Shown piece after piece: positions 37,615-46,677 of a stretch of 64,000 bases of DNA; position 1 is the stretch's first letter, and every line of letters starts with the position of its first letter. Source of the DNA: Abditibacteriaceae bacterium. Its GTDB lineage: Bacteria; Armatimonadota; Abditibacteriia; Abditibacteriales; Abditibacteriaceae. The position numbers and the translations under genes are program-made. The DNA lies in NCBI GenBank assembly GCA_031372065.1, contig JANMKN010000388.1, forward strand, positions 1-64,000, written 5' to 3'. The notes under the pieces are model-generated. The model was given only the letters and a program-made list of their open reading frames with translations, searched no databases and was not told the origin of the DNA.

Positions 37615-39153
37615 ATGGAAGCAAACGAACATTTGGCAGAAGCAACGAACGCAGAACAAACTCAGGAATCAACGAAAAACTCATCGCACCTGATTTTACC
37701 CCCGCGTTTGACTTCGCAAGACAACCTTGACCGGCGCGGTTTTATCAAAACCATTTCCATTGCTGGCGCGGGCCTCGCCTTGGGCGATGCCGCTGCGCGG
37801 GCCGGTGGCCCCATTGCATCGGATTTTCAGCCGGTAGTCAAAGAAGTTATCGCCCAAGCGCCCAAAGCGATGGCAAAACCGGCTGTTAAAACGCCGCCCA
37901 AACCCGCGCCGAAAACGCCGCCAAAAGCGAAGAATCCTGAACTGAAAGTGGCCTTCATTGGCCCCGGCGTGCAAGGTCGTAACTTGCTGACGCAGTGCCT
38001 GCGTATCGAAGGCGTGCGTTTCGTCGCTGTTTGCGACATTTGGGATTACAGCCTGACTTACGCGGCCAACATTTTGAAGAAGTTCGACCAACCGGTGCGG
38101 ACTTATACCGATTACCACGATTTGTTGGAGAAGGAAAAAGACCTCGACGCCGTTATCATTGCCACGCCGGACTGGATGCACTCACCGATTACTGTCGCGT
38201 GCCTCGAAGCGGGCTTGCACGTTTATTGCGAGAAAGAGATGTCCAACGACATCGAAGAAGCACGCAAAATGGTGTTGGCTCAACGCAAATCCGGCAAGTT
38301 GCTGCAAATCGGCCATCAGCGTCGCTCGAATCCACGCTATTGGGCAGTGAACAACTTGCTTCACAAAGACAAATTAGCGGGGGACTTGACACACGTTTTT
38401 GGTCAGTGGAACCGCTCGCGTAAACTGGATTTGGGTTGGCCCAAGGACGCTGTAATGAGCGATGCCGACTTGAAAAGGCATGGCTATGATTCCATGCAGC
38501 GCTTCCGCAACTGGCGATGGTATCGCAAGTTTTCTGGTGGCCCCATTGCCGACCTTGGTTCGCATCAAGTTGACATCTTTAACTGGTTCTTGGGTGGTGG
38601 TCCCACCGCAGTGCAAGCCACTGGCGGTGCTGACAACTACAAAGATACCGAGTGGTATGACAATATGTTGACGTTGTGGGATTACCAGACCCCAACCGGC
38701 CCGGTGCGCGGTTTTTATCAGGTCATCAACACATCCAGTTATGGTGGCTATTACGAAGTATTCATGGGCAAGGACGCCGCCATTGAAATTTCGGAAAACA
38801 TCAATAAGGGTGCCATATTCCGCGAACCACAAGCCAAACCGCGTGTGTGGGAAAATGAAGCCAAACAGGTCGAAAAAGATGGCGTAATTGGCACCTTGGT
38901 GATTGTTGGCAAGTCGTTGGATAACAAATCCAAAACCGGCCCCGGTGACAAGTTGTCCACTCCCGATGTGGACAAGCCGCCGCATCTTTTGCACCTTGAA
39001 AACTTCTTTAACGCGATTTGGGATCCGAAAAATAATAAGTTAAGTTGTCCCGGCGAAGTGGGCTTTGAAACTTGCGTAACGGTTCTCAAGGCCAATCAGG
39101 CACTGAAACAGGGCAGTAAAGTGACTTACGATCCCAAGGAATTTGAAGTTTAG
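37615..39153 (+). CDS. Gfo/Idh/MocA oxidoreductase with Tat motif and Pro/Lys linker
   Basis: DRRGFIK; FIGPGVQG, TPDWMH, YCEKEM, QIGHQRRS and DLGSHQVD. Confidence 0.92.
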   Translation: MEANEHLAEATNAEQTQESTKNSSHLILPPRLTSQDNLDRRGFIKTISIAGAGLALGDAAARAGGPIASDFQPVVKEVIAQAPKAMAKPAVKTPPKPAPKTPPKAKNPELKVAFIGPGVQGRNLLTQCLRIEGVRFVAVCDIWDYSLTYAANILKKFDQPVRTYTDYHDLLEKEKDLDAVIIATPDWMHSPITVACLEAGLHVYCEKEMSNDIEEARKMVLAQRKSGKLLQIGHQRRSNPRYWAVNNLLHKDKLAGDLTHVFGQWNRSRKLDLGWPKDAVMSDADLKRHGYDSMQRFRNWRWYRKFSGGPIADLGSHQVDIFNWFLGGGPTAVQATGGADNYKDTEWYDNMLTLWDYQTPTGPVRGFYQVINTSSYGGYYEVFMGKDAAIEISENINKGAIFREPQAKPRVWENEAKQVEKDGVIGTLVIVGKSLDNKSKTGPGDKLSTPDVDKPPHLLHLENFFNAIWDPKNNKLSCPGEVGFETCVTVLKANQALKQGSKVTYDPKEFEV

Positions 39154-39170
39154 GTTGCACCCGAACTGCC

Positions 39171-39194
39171 ATAAAAACCGTATCCGGTTTTTAT
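39171..39194. terminator. Palindrome (terminator or operator) after the Gfo/Idh/MocA gene
   Basis: ataaaaaccg-tatc-cggtttttat. Confidence 0.5.
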
Positions 39195-39284
39195 CTGAAC
39201 GATGTCAATTGGAGGGCGTCGCAAAGCGCAATCTCAAGGTGATATAGATTCTTGTATCGCCTAAAATTAACAGGAGAAATTTTG

Positions 39285-39926
39285 ATGTTAAAACAACAAA
39301 ATGGATGGAGCGCCCCGGTGGCGCTGACGGTATTGATGGGCGCAGCGGCTTTTGCCGGTGTCCGGCCCGCGCAGGCAGCGATTACTTACAAAGTGGTGCC
39401 ATCGCAGAGCCGCATCACGGTGATGTCGGAAACCAAAAGTCCGCTGAAGCGCTTGCAGCACGAGCGCGAATTGCGCTCCAGTTCCATTAGTGGTGCGGTC
39501 GTTTTTTCGGCGCCCAACAAACCCGCTTCGCTTTCGATGACGGCTAAATCCGATGCGTTCAAAACGGTGAAAAAGCACGAACTGAGCGACAATGACGTGG
39601 CGAAAATTGATTCGGTGACACGCGATTCCATTCTGGAAGCGAAAAAATATCCGAATGTCGCTTTTAAAAGCACCAGAATAAACTTCAAGCCGGGCGCGGG
39701 CGGCAATTTCTCCGGTTCCGTTTTGGGCAACCTGACTATGCATGGCGTGACGCGCGCTGTTTCGGTGCCTATTAGCGGCAAAATCGCGGGCAATATGATC
39801 AAAGCCAAAGGCAAGTTTCAGGTGAATCAATCCGATTTCGGCATGACCATCATTTCCATCATGGGCGGCATCATTTCCGCCCGCGATATGGTTGAAGTGA
39901 ACCTTGACCTGACAGCCAAGAAGTAA
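39285..39926 (+). CDS. YceI family exported lipid/polyisoprenoid-binding protein
   Basis: RBS CAGGAG; signal peptide; LEAKKYP.VAFKS, GNLTMHGVTR.V and F.VNQSDFGM. Confidence 0.85.
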   Translation: MLKQQNGWSAPVALTVLMGAAAFAGVRPAQAAITYKVVPSQSRITVMSETKSPLKRLQHERELRSSSISGAVVFSAPNKPASLSMTAKSDAFKTVKKHELSDNDVAKIDSVTRDSILEAKKYPNVAFKSTRINFKPGAGGNFSGSVLGNLTMHGVTRAVSVPISGKIAGNMIKAKGKFQVNQSDFGMTIISIMGGIISARDMVEVNLDLTAKK

Positions 39927-39940
39927 TGCAAGCCCTGCGT

Positions 39941-39986
39941 GGCGTGAAAAAGCGGTTCTGCTAAGGCGGAACCGCTTTTTCGCGCC
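39941..39986 (+). terminator. Intrinsic terminator
   Basis: ggcgtgaaaaagcggttctgc / gcggaaccgctttttcgcgcc hairpin after the YceI stop. Confidence 0.8.
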
Positions 39987-40059
39987 TCATGGATAGCCTT
40001 GGTTGGTCAAAGCAGAAGACGTTTCGCGCATTTCACGAAAGGTAGTGGCAAAACTACTC

Positions 40060-41403
40060 ATGAGTCAGGACAAAGCCAAAAAGCAAATTGAAAATGAAAA
40101 GTCCCCTTCTGCGGAAGGGACATCAGAAAATGCCTCCGCAAAAGGTGCATCGCGGCGCCGCTTTTTAGCGGGCGCCGCCGTGACACTTAGCACGCCGTAT
40201 ATTTTGACTTCCGCCGCCTTGGGGCAGCCGGGCAGCGGCAAGGCGCCTGCCAATTCGCGCATTGTGATGGGGCAGATTGGCATCGGCAATCAAGGCAGCG
40301 GGCTGCTGGGCAACTTTGCCGGCAATGGCAAAGTGCAAATGATTGCCGTTTCGGATGTCAAGCCGGAAATGCTGGACACCGCGTATAAACGCATCGGTTC
40401 TCCTGCGGGTGGCGCTCACAAAGATTTTCGCGAACTTTTGGGCCGCCCCGATATTGATGCTGTAGTTATGGCGGTGCCAGACCATTGGCACGCTTTGATG
40501 GTTGTCATGGCGGCGGAGGCTGGCAAAGACATTTATTGCGAAAAGCCGATGTCACTGACGATTCGTGAGGCGCGCCACATGGTAAATGCGGTGCGACGCT
40601 ACAATCGTGTGTTTCAAACCGGTTCAATGCAGCGATCAATGGGCACGTTTCAAGTCGCCGTCAACGCCATTCGTAATGGCATGATTGGCAAAGTGCAGAC
40701 TATCACTGTGGGATTGCCCAATGATGGTCAAACTTCTCTGGAATGGGGCTTATCGCGTCCCCCTGAAGGAGAACCTCCTGCGGGATTCGATTACAATATG
40801 TGGCTTGGCCCGGCGCCGTGGCGTCCTTATAATTCGGAGCGCGTCAGCGGCAACTATGGCGGCGGCTGGCGTTATTATCGCGATTATTCCGGCGGCATGA
40901 TGACCGACTGGGGCGCGCATCACTTCGACATCGCGCAATGGGCACTCGGCATGGATAACAGCGGCCCGGTAGAGATTATTCCGGCGGGCAGCGGTGGTGT
41001 CGAGACGCTGACTTATAAATATGCGGATGGCACGCTCATGTCGCTTGGCCCACGCGGTTTTCCCAACGGCGTGCTTTTTAAGGGCGAGAAGGGCGAGATT
41101 TTCTGTAGCCGTGACAAGGTCACGCCCGATAATTTGCGCGGTTATAAACCCAGCGCGCAGGAATTTGATGTAAATCGCGGACGTGACCATTACAATGACT
41201 GGATCGAATGCATTAAAAGCCGTGAAAAGCCAATTTGTGATGTCGAAATCGGCTGCCGCTCGGCGACGGTTTGCCATTTGGGCAACATCGCCAAGTGGAC
41301 AGGACGTTCCTTTAAGTGGAATCCCGATATCGAAGAAATCATCGGTGATGATGACGCGGCTCGTTGGTTGGATCGCCCCAAACGCTCGCCTTGGCACTTG
41401 TAA
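40060..41403 (+). CDS. Gfo/Idh/MocA oxidoreductase, Tat-exported
   Basis: SRRRFLA; GQIGIGNQG, PDHWH, YCEKPM, QTGSMQRS and DWGAHHFD; paralog of 32125-33417. Confidence 0.92.
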   Translation: MSQDKAKKQIENEKSPSAEGTSENASAKGASRRRFLAGAAVTLSTPYILTSAALGQPGSGKAPANSRIVMGQIGIGNQGSGLLGNFAGNGKVQMIAVSDVKPEMLDTAYKRIGSPAGGAHKDFRELLGRPDIDAVVMAVPDHWHALMVVMAAEAGKDIYCEKPMSLTIREARHMVNAVRRYNRVFQTGSMQRSMGTFQVAVNAIRNGMIGKVQTITVGLPNDGQTSLEWGLSRPPEGEPPAGFDYNMWLGPAPWRPYNSERVSGNYGGGWRYYRDYSGGMMTDWGAHHFDIAQWALGMDNSGPVEIIPAGSGGVETLTYKYADGTLMSLGPRGFPNGVLFKGEKGEIFCSRDKVTPDNLRGYKPSAQEFDVNRGRDHYNDWIECIKSREKPICDVEIGCRSATVCHLGNIAKWTGRSFKWNPDIEEIIGDDDAARWLDRPKRSPWHL

Positions 41404-41500
41404 AATATAGTTTTTAGGCGGGGCTGACACTTGCCAACGGAAGGCAATATTGACAAGTGTCGGCCTCGCTTTTTCCATTTTCGGTAGGAATTGGAGTCTT

Positions 41501-42697
41501 ATGAAACGCTTTTTAGTTTTTGCTTTAGCCAGTTTTTTTGGGTGGTCGTTTGTGGTTCAGGCACAGCCTACCAGTGTGCCCAATCCGCCAGCGCCTGCCG
41601 CTTTGCCAATAACTTTGTCGGACGCCGCCCAATTGTTAGGTGGCCCGACACTGGTAACTATGCATCTCAAAGAGGCATCAGCGCAGGCCGTTTTAGACGC
41701 TCTGTCCAAACAATCGGGCGTTCCTTTGCGCTTATTGTTTACGGATGATGCCGTTCCCGCGCCCAAATACACCATTAACATCGAAAATCAGCCGTTTTGG
41801 ACGGCTTTGATGGAAGTCTGTCGGCAGTTACAGTTGGCGCCTCAGCTGGCTGGTGACCGCATTACGCAAGACTTGCTGCCGGGCAACTCCGATGAAAGTC
41901 TGGGCGCGGTAATTCCCGTGCATCCTCTGGTCACACTGACTGCGCGTGAGATGCGGCACGAACATATTTTTTCGTTGAAGGCCGATGACAAAGGCGCCTT
42001 TCAGATTCCGCAAGATGTTCATGCGATTTATTTCAACGGTTGGGCTTTAGTAGACCCTAAAATTCGCGTGGCCCCCAATAGCACGATCAACGTAGACATC
42101 ACCGCAGCCGTGGACGACAAAGGGCAAGAACTGCCGCATAACCAAGGCGGCGCGTCCTTTGTGCAGTCACCAGTGCTGTGGGACTTACAACTAAACATGG
42201 AGGGGCGCGGCGATGCGAGCAAGAAACTGGCGAGTTTAAAAGGCGTTATCAAGGCGTTTATTGTTTCCAAAAGCGAACGCTTGGAAGTGCCCGATTTGGC
42301 GAATGCCGGGCCGGTTTCCAAGATCATCAAAACGCCACAGGGCAACGAAACCTATCACCTTATGGATTTGGCGCAGGATGGCAAGCAATACGAAGTGACA
42401 TTTAGCATTAATCGCCCCGCTCAAACCGCGCCTGTGCCCGACGAGGACATTAATGTTCAGCAATTGCGCAATGCACGGCAAGACCTTGGTTCGTTCACAC
42501 GCTTGCTGGATGCCCAGGGGCGCGATATCCCTTATGTGAGCAGCAAAGTCAACGGCGAAGCGGTCACGCTAACTTTTGCGCGGCAAGCGGAAGGCGAAAA
42601 CGCGCCGGGAGCAGCCAAGCGGTTGGTGTTGGATATTCCCGTTGAGTTCCGCGAGTTGCAGATTCCGTTTGAATACAAAGACGTGCCGCTGCCATGA
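41501..42697 (+). CDS. Exported uncharacterised protein, tandem paralog 1 (STN-like N-terminus, C-terminal PFExKDxPLP)
   Basis: RBS GGAG; signal peptide; GGPTLVTMHLKEASAQ, PFW, DPK, AVDDKGQEL, KKLASLKG and IPFEYKDVPLP. Confidence 0.8.
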   Translation: MKRFLVFALASFFGWSFVVQAQPTSVPNPPAPAALPITLSDAAQLLGGPTLVTMHLKEASAQAVLDALSKQSGVPLRLLFTDDAVPAPKYTINIENQPFWTALMEVCRQLQLAPQLAGDRITQDLLPGNSDESLGAVIPVHPLVTLTAREMRHEHIFSLKADDKGAFQIPQDVHAIYFNGWALVDPKIRVAPNSTINVDITAAVDDKGQELPHNQGGASFVQSPVLWDLQLNMEGRGDASKKLASLKGVIKAFIVSKSERLEVPDLANAGPVSKIIKTPQGNETYHLMDLAQDGKQYEVTFSINRPAQTAPVPDEDINVQQLRNARQDLGSFTRLLDAQGRDIPYVSSKVNGEAVTLTFARQAEGENAPGAAKRLVLDIPVEFRELQIPFEYKDVPLP

Positions 42698-43899
42698 GAA
42701 CTATCTCGGAAAAAGTTTCAAAGGTTGGATTGCTATGCGTTTTCGGGCTTTCTGCGGCCACGGCGCAGCCACCAATGCCATCCAAACCGCCGAGACCGGC
42801 GGTCGCCTCAATTACATTAGGGGAATTGGAAAAAAACGCGGGTGGCCCCACCTTAATCACATTGCACTTTAAAGAGTCCACCGCTCAAGAAATATTAAAT
42901 GAACTCAGCAAGCAAGGTGATATCCGCGTGCGCGCCAACTTTTGGAGCGATGAGCAACGCACAAAAAAGTATTCTCTCGATGTCGAAAAGCGCCCATTTT
43001 GGGAGGCTATGAGCGAAATCGGCGACAAGCTAAAACTATTTCCACAGCAATGGGGCGGTCAAAACGGTATGGTGTTGTCACCGGATAATGAAGGTTCGTC
43101 CAAAGGTTCGGTGCAACTGGAAACGCCGCTGCTTTCGATTATCGCGAAAACTTTGACGCGCACACATTCCATCAACTACAAAACCAAAACGGGACAAGAT
43201 CAGCCCGAAGTGCCCTCGATGACCTTGCAAAGCGTTATCCTTTTCGACCCGAAATTGCAGTTGCTCAATAACGCAGCCAAAGCGACAGTCACCGAAATTG
43301 TGGATGACAAAGGTAAAACGCTCAAAGGCGAACAGAATGACATTTACGTTTACGGCGAAGCCCCTGTGCAATGGCAAATGCAGGTGCCATTAAAATACAG
43401 CACCACGATGGGCAAAAAGTTGACTCGTCTCAAAGGCACTTTCCAAGCATTCGTGGTGGCGCGACGTGAGACATGGGACATCCCTGATATTTTAAAGGTC
43501 AAGGGGTTGAGCAAAACCTTCAAATTCGGCACCAAAGAAGAAACTTACACCATTGAGGAAGTTACCAAGCAAGGCGACGGGATTCAAATCCGCATTACTG
43601 TCAAGCGCCCTTTGGAAATCGCGCCGACCCAAGCTGACAATACGCCCGAAGGTCAGCAACTAAAATATGCCCGCCGCGATTGGTCACGGTGGATGCGGCT
43701 GACCGATGAAAAAGGCAACCAATATCAAGGCTATAATTCCGGCAGTTCCGAAGACGAGATGAGTTTCACCTTCAATAACAACCAACAGTTTCCCGGCGAT
43801 GAAAAAGCTGGTGAGCCGGTGAAATTAGAAATTGATGTTCCTCTCGAATTTCGCCTGCTCGAAGTGCCGTTTGAATTTAAAGATTTGGTGCTGCCATGA
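42694..43899 (+). CDS. Exported uncharacterised protein, tandem paralog 2
   Basis: ATGA-coupled to paralog 1; GGPTLITLHFKE, PFW, DPK, VDDKGKTL, KKLTRLKG and VPFEFKDLVLP. Confidence 0.82.
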   Translation: MRTISEKVSKVGLLCVFGLSAATAQPPMPSKPPRPAVASITLGELEKNAGGPTLITLHFKESTAQEILNELSKQGDIRVRANFWSDEQRTKKYSLDVEKRPFWEAMSEIGDKLKLFPQQWGGQNGMVLSPDNEGSSKGSVQLETPLLSIIAKTLTRTHSINYKTKTGQDQPEVPSMTLQSVILFDPKLQLLNNAAKATVTEIVDDKGKTLKGEQNDIYVYGEAPVQWQMQVPLKYSTTMGKKLTRLKGTFQAFVVARRETWDIPDILKVKGLSKTFKFGTKEETYTIEEVTKQGDGIQIRITVKRPLEIAPTQADNTPEGQQLKYARRDWSRWMRLTDEKGNQYQGYNSGSSEDEMSFTFNNNQQFPGDEKAGEPVKLEIDVPLEFRLLEVPFEFKDLVLP

Positions 43900-45083
43900 A
43901 ATGGTTTTATCTGAGTCTTTTAGGATTACTTGCCAGCATAGCATCCGCTCAGGTGGCGCCTAATCCATCAAAGGAAGTGCCACTTGATGCTCCTCATTTT
44001 GCCCCTATAAATGACGACGAGCTAAAGCATTTTATTGGCGAGCCAACACGGATTAGTTTGCATCTGAAAGAAGCGACATCGCAGGCAGCCTTTGAAGCGA
44101 TAGCGCGTCAGGCGGGGCTAAAAATGGGTAATGGTTCGACTTTCAATTCGACAGCGCCCCTTACCGTTGATTACGATAGCCTGCCTTTCTGGAAAGCAGT
44201 CGCGCAAACCCCCTTAAAAATGGCCTTTATGCGCTTTGCGCGGCTTGATGAAACAAGTTTTGATGGGCCACAGGCTGACCACGGTTATTTCGATGTTGGC
44301 CGTAGTTTTTCGGTTCATGAACTGGCGACAATTTTTGTCTCGCGGATTGACCATTTGCATACGCAGGCCGTTGGTGAAGTTACGGACATAAGTGAACCCA
44401 AACGCACCATTTGGCTGACAGGTTGTATTGGGCTTGATCCAAAACTTCCGACTTTGCAGTCAGCCATTACTGTGGAATTAAGCGAAGCTGTTGACGAACA
44501 AGGCCAATCGCTACTTTTTAATGCGCCACGCAGGTTTCTAACTTCGTATCCTGCTACGGGTAGAACTGAATTCGTCGTGCCGCTTGATTATCCACCGAAT
44601 GTTGGCAAGCGTATCGCTCGACTTAAAGGCACTTTGAAATTTCCTATCGTCTTGAAAACCGAAAAATGGAATGTGCCCGATGTTTATGCGCCTGATATTT
44701 TCAATACTGTGCAAGGGCAAAATGGCCCGGAGACGTATCGCGTGATGGCCGAAAAACCAAAGACCCAAAAAAATGGCGCCTATGAATTTATGCGGGCGCA
44801 ACCCTTGAAAATTGCGATTGAACGCCCGCTCAAGGCGCCGCCCGGCATCGCCAAGTGGAACGCTTCAATTTTTGCGCCCTTGTTTCATACTCTTGAAGGA
44901 AAACAATTTTCTCCACAACTGCCACTACAGATGGCTGGTAATGTTCTTGAAGTCTCGGCTCACAGGTCTTATCGTTCTTCTATTTATGCTGGTGTGGAAT
45001 TGAAGGCATTTAGTTTGGATATTCCACTCGAAGTGCGGGAAGCGCAGATTGCTTTTGAGTTGACGGATTTGCCCTTGCCGTAA
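43896..45083 (+). CDS. Exported uncharacterised protein, tandem paralog 3
   Basis: ATGA-coupled to paralog 2; GEPTRISLHLKE, PFW, DPK, AVDEQGQSL, KRIARLKG and IAFELTDLPLP. Confidence 0.82.
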   Translation: MKWFYLSLLGLLASIASAQVAPNPSKEVPLDAPHFAPINDDELKHFIGEPTRISLHLKEATSQAAFEAIARQAGLKMGNGSTFNSTAPLTVDYDSLPFWKAVAQTPLKMAFMRFARLDETSFDGPQADHGYFDVGRSFSVHELATIFVSRIDHLHTQAVGEVTDISEPKRTIWLTGCIGLDPKLPTLQSAITVELSEAVDEQGQSLLFNAPRRFLTSYPATGRTEFVVPLDYPPNVGKRIARLKGTLKFPIVLKTEKWNVPDVYAPDIFNTVQGQNGPETYRVMAEKPKTQKNGAYEFMRAQPLKIAIERPLKAPPGIAKWNASIFAPLFHTLEGKQFSPQLPLQMAGNVLEVSAHRSYRSSIYAGVELKAFSLDIPLEVREAQIAFELTDLPLP

Positions 45084-45144
45084 ATAGACTGCTTGCAAAA
45101 GCGCCCAAAGGCGAGGCCAAGCGCTTCGTTGCAAGTCGCACCAC

Positions 45145-45427
45145 GAAATCGCTGTCGGACGCCCAGAAAACGCGTCTCTCCGTATAGAAAACGCTGTCGG
45201 ATGAGCGGAAAACGCGTCTCGACGCTCGGAAAACGATGCTTGACGCTCGGAAAACGATGCTCGACGCTCGGAAAACGATGCTCGACGTGCAGAAATTGAT
45301 GCCGGATGAGCAGAAAACGATGCTGGACGAGCAGAAATTGATGCCGGATATGCAGAAAATGGTGCTGGACGTGCAGAAAACGATGTCGGACGTTGTGAAA
45401 ATGATGCTGGATGCGCAGAAAACGATA
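45145..45427. repeat. 21-bp tandem repeat array C (13 full units plus a partial one)
   Basis: Consensus gaaaacgatgctggacg(a/t)gca; gaaa recurs exactly every 21 bp from 45145 to 45418. Confidence 0.95.
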
Positions 45428-45439
45428 AAAATCTTCGCT

Positions 45440-46573
45440 ATGTCACTAAAAAAACGCGTTTTTATGGTTCTGATATGGTTTGCGATGTGTTCTCTACATT
45501 TGTCCGCCCAACCGCCCGCAACACCTTTGAAGATTGGCCCATTGGATTCCGCCGATTTGGAAGCACTTTTGGGCGGGCCAACGCGCATTAATCTACATTT
45601 GCGCAACGCCACACCGCAGGAAGTGATAGATAAAATCGCGCAGCAGGCTGGTTTGAAGTCATCGTCCAATTATCCGACGCAGCGGTCTGAAAACAATCAG
45701 CCTGTTTCTTTGAATATTGACCAATTGCCGTTTTGCGAAGCCGTCGGTTTGGCCTGCCAAAAACTGCGTCGCACCATGTTTCCGACTCCTGAGGGCGCTT
45801 TTACTTTGTATGCACAAGACGCCAGTTATGGAAGCGGGCGCTATGCTCCAGTCGGCAACATGGTGGGAATTATTATCAATCGCACGGCGCGGTCACACTC
45901 ACAACGAATGGCAGACAATGAAACGCCAAAACATCAAGCGTCCTATTCTGTTTCGGGTGCTGTTTTTCTTGACCCGAAAGTGCGACTGCTGCACCGATAC
46001 GTTTCTATTCGCTTGACGCAAGCCGACGACGAGAAAGGCAATGATCTGCGGGGTTCTGATGTCTCGCGCAGCTTTGCATATATGCAAAGCGCGAATAATT
46101 TGCGCTGGGATTTTCGTTACTCGCCCAATATGGGGCATCGCTTGGAAACTGTGCGAGGATGGGTGCGTTTTCCGGTTGTGTTGCAATCGGTGCCGTGGGA
46201 AATCAGCGATTTTAAAAAACCGGAACAGGAAAAAATTGTGCGCGCTCCTGACGCAGTTTTGACGTTTCGTTTGGAAGAAGTCGAACAGAATCAACGCGAA
46301 ATGAAATTTCATTTTCTCGTCAAAAGTTCTGTGGGCAAGGTGGCAGCCATAGAAGCATGGCGCGAATCGCCCGACGGATATGATTATTTTCAGTTGCTTA
46401 ATGAAAAAGGCGAAAAAATCACTGGGCCGCGTATGGATTTGGATAAGGATAAAATGTTATTGACTTACTATTATCCGTCGAATCAAACTCCGACGAAGTT
46501 AGTCATGCAACTGCCAACCGACGTTCGCACCGTAGAAATTCCCTTTAAAATCAAGGATTTGCCGCTGCCATAA
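45440..46573 (+). CDS. Exported uncharacterised protein, tandem paralog 4
   Basis: Signal peptide begins MSLKKRV at 45440 (the ORF-track extension to 45236 is repeat array C); GGPTRINLHLRN, DPK, ADDEKGNDL and IPFKIKDLPLP. Confidence 0.8.
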   Translation: MSLKKRVFMVLIWFAMCSLHLSAQPPATPLKIGPLDSADLEALLGGPTRINLHLRNATPQEVIDKIAQQAGLKSSSNYPTQRSENNQPVSLNIDQLPFCEAVGLACQKLRRTMFPTPEGAFTLYAQDASYGSGRYAPVGNMVGIIINRTARSHSQRMADNETPKHQASYSVSGAVFLDPKVRLLHRYVSIRLTQADDEKGNDLRGSDVSRSFAYMQSANNLRWDFRYSPNMGHRLETVRGWVRFPVVLQSVPWEISDFKKPEQEKIVRAPDAVLTFRLEEVEQNQREMKFHFLVKSSVGKVAAIEAWRESPDGYDYFQLLNEKGEKITGPRMDLDKDKMLLTYYYPSNQTPTKLVMQLPTDVRTVEIPFKIKDLPLP

Positions 46574-46677
46574 TTGATGCCAGTGAGTAGGAATCCGTTT
46601 ACACTGAAAAAACCTCCTGTTTAGTGACACGAACCGCGTTTGAATTGTCCAAAGAATTCATGCCAAAAGGATTGAAT

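Noticed and set aside
37861..37935. aaaacgccgccc/a short repeats in the second Gfo/Idh/MocA gene
   Set aside because: They encode a Pro/Lys linker (KTPPKPAPKTPPK) and are not a separate element.
12898..45427. Stop-codon reassignment (TAA/TAG read as Gln) in the arrays
   Set aside because: Ordinary genes in the window terminate at TAA and TAG; CAA-to-TAA and CAG-to-TAG transitions explain the pattern.
45010..45669. 219-aa minus-strand ORF and the N-terminal MLDARKT extension of the 45236 ORF
   Set aside because: Both derive from array C; the paralog-like signal peptide starts at 45440.
41501..46573. Diversity-generating retroelement or integron behind the paralog array
   Set aside because: No reverse transcriptase, integrase, adenine-specific template/variable repeat pair or attC sites were seen.
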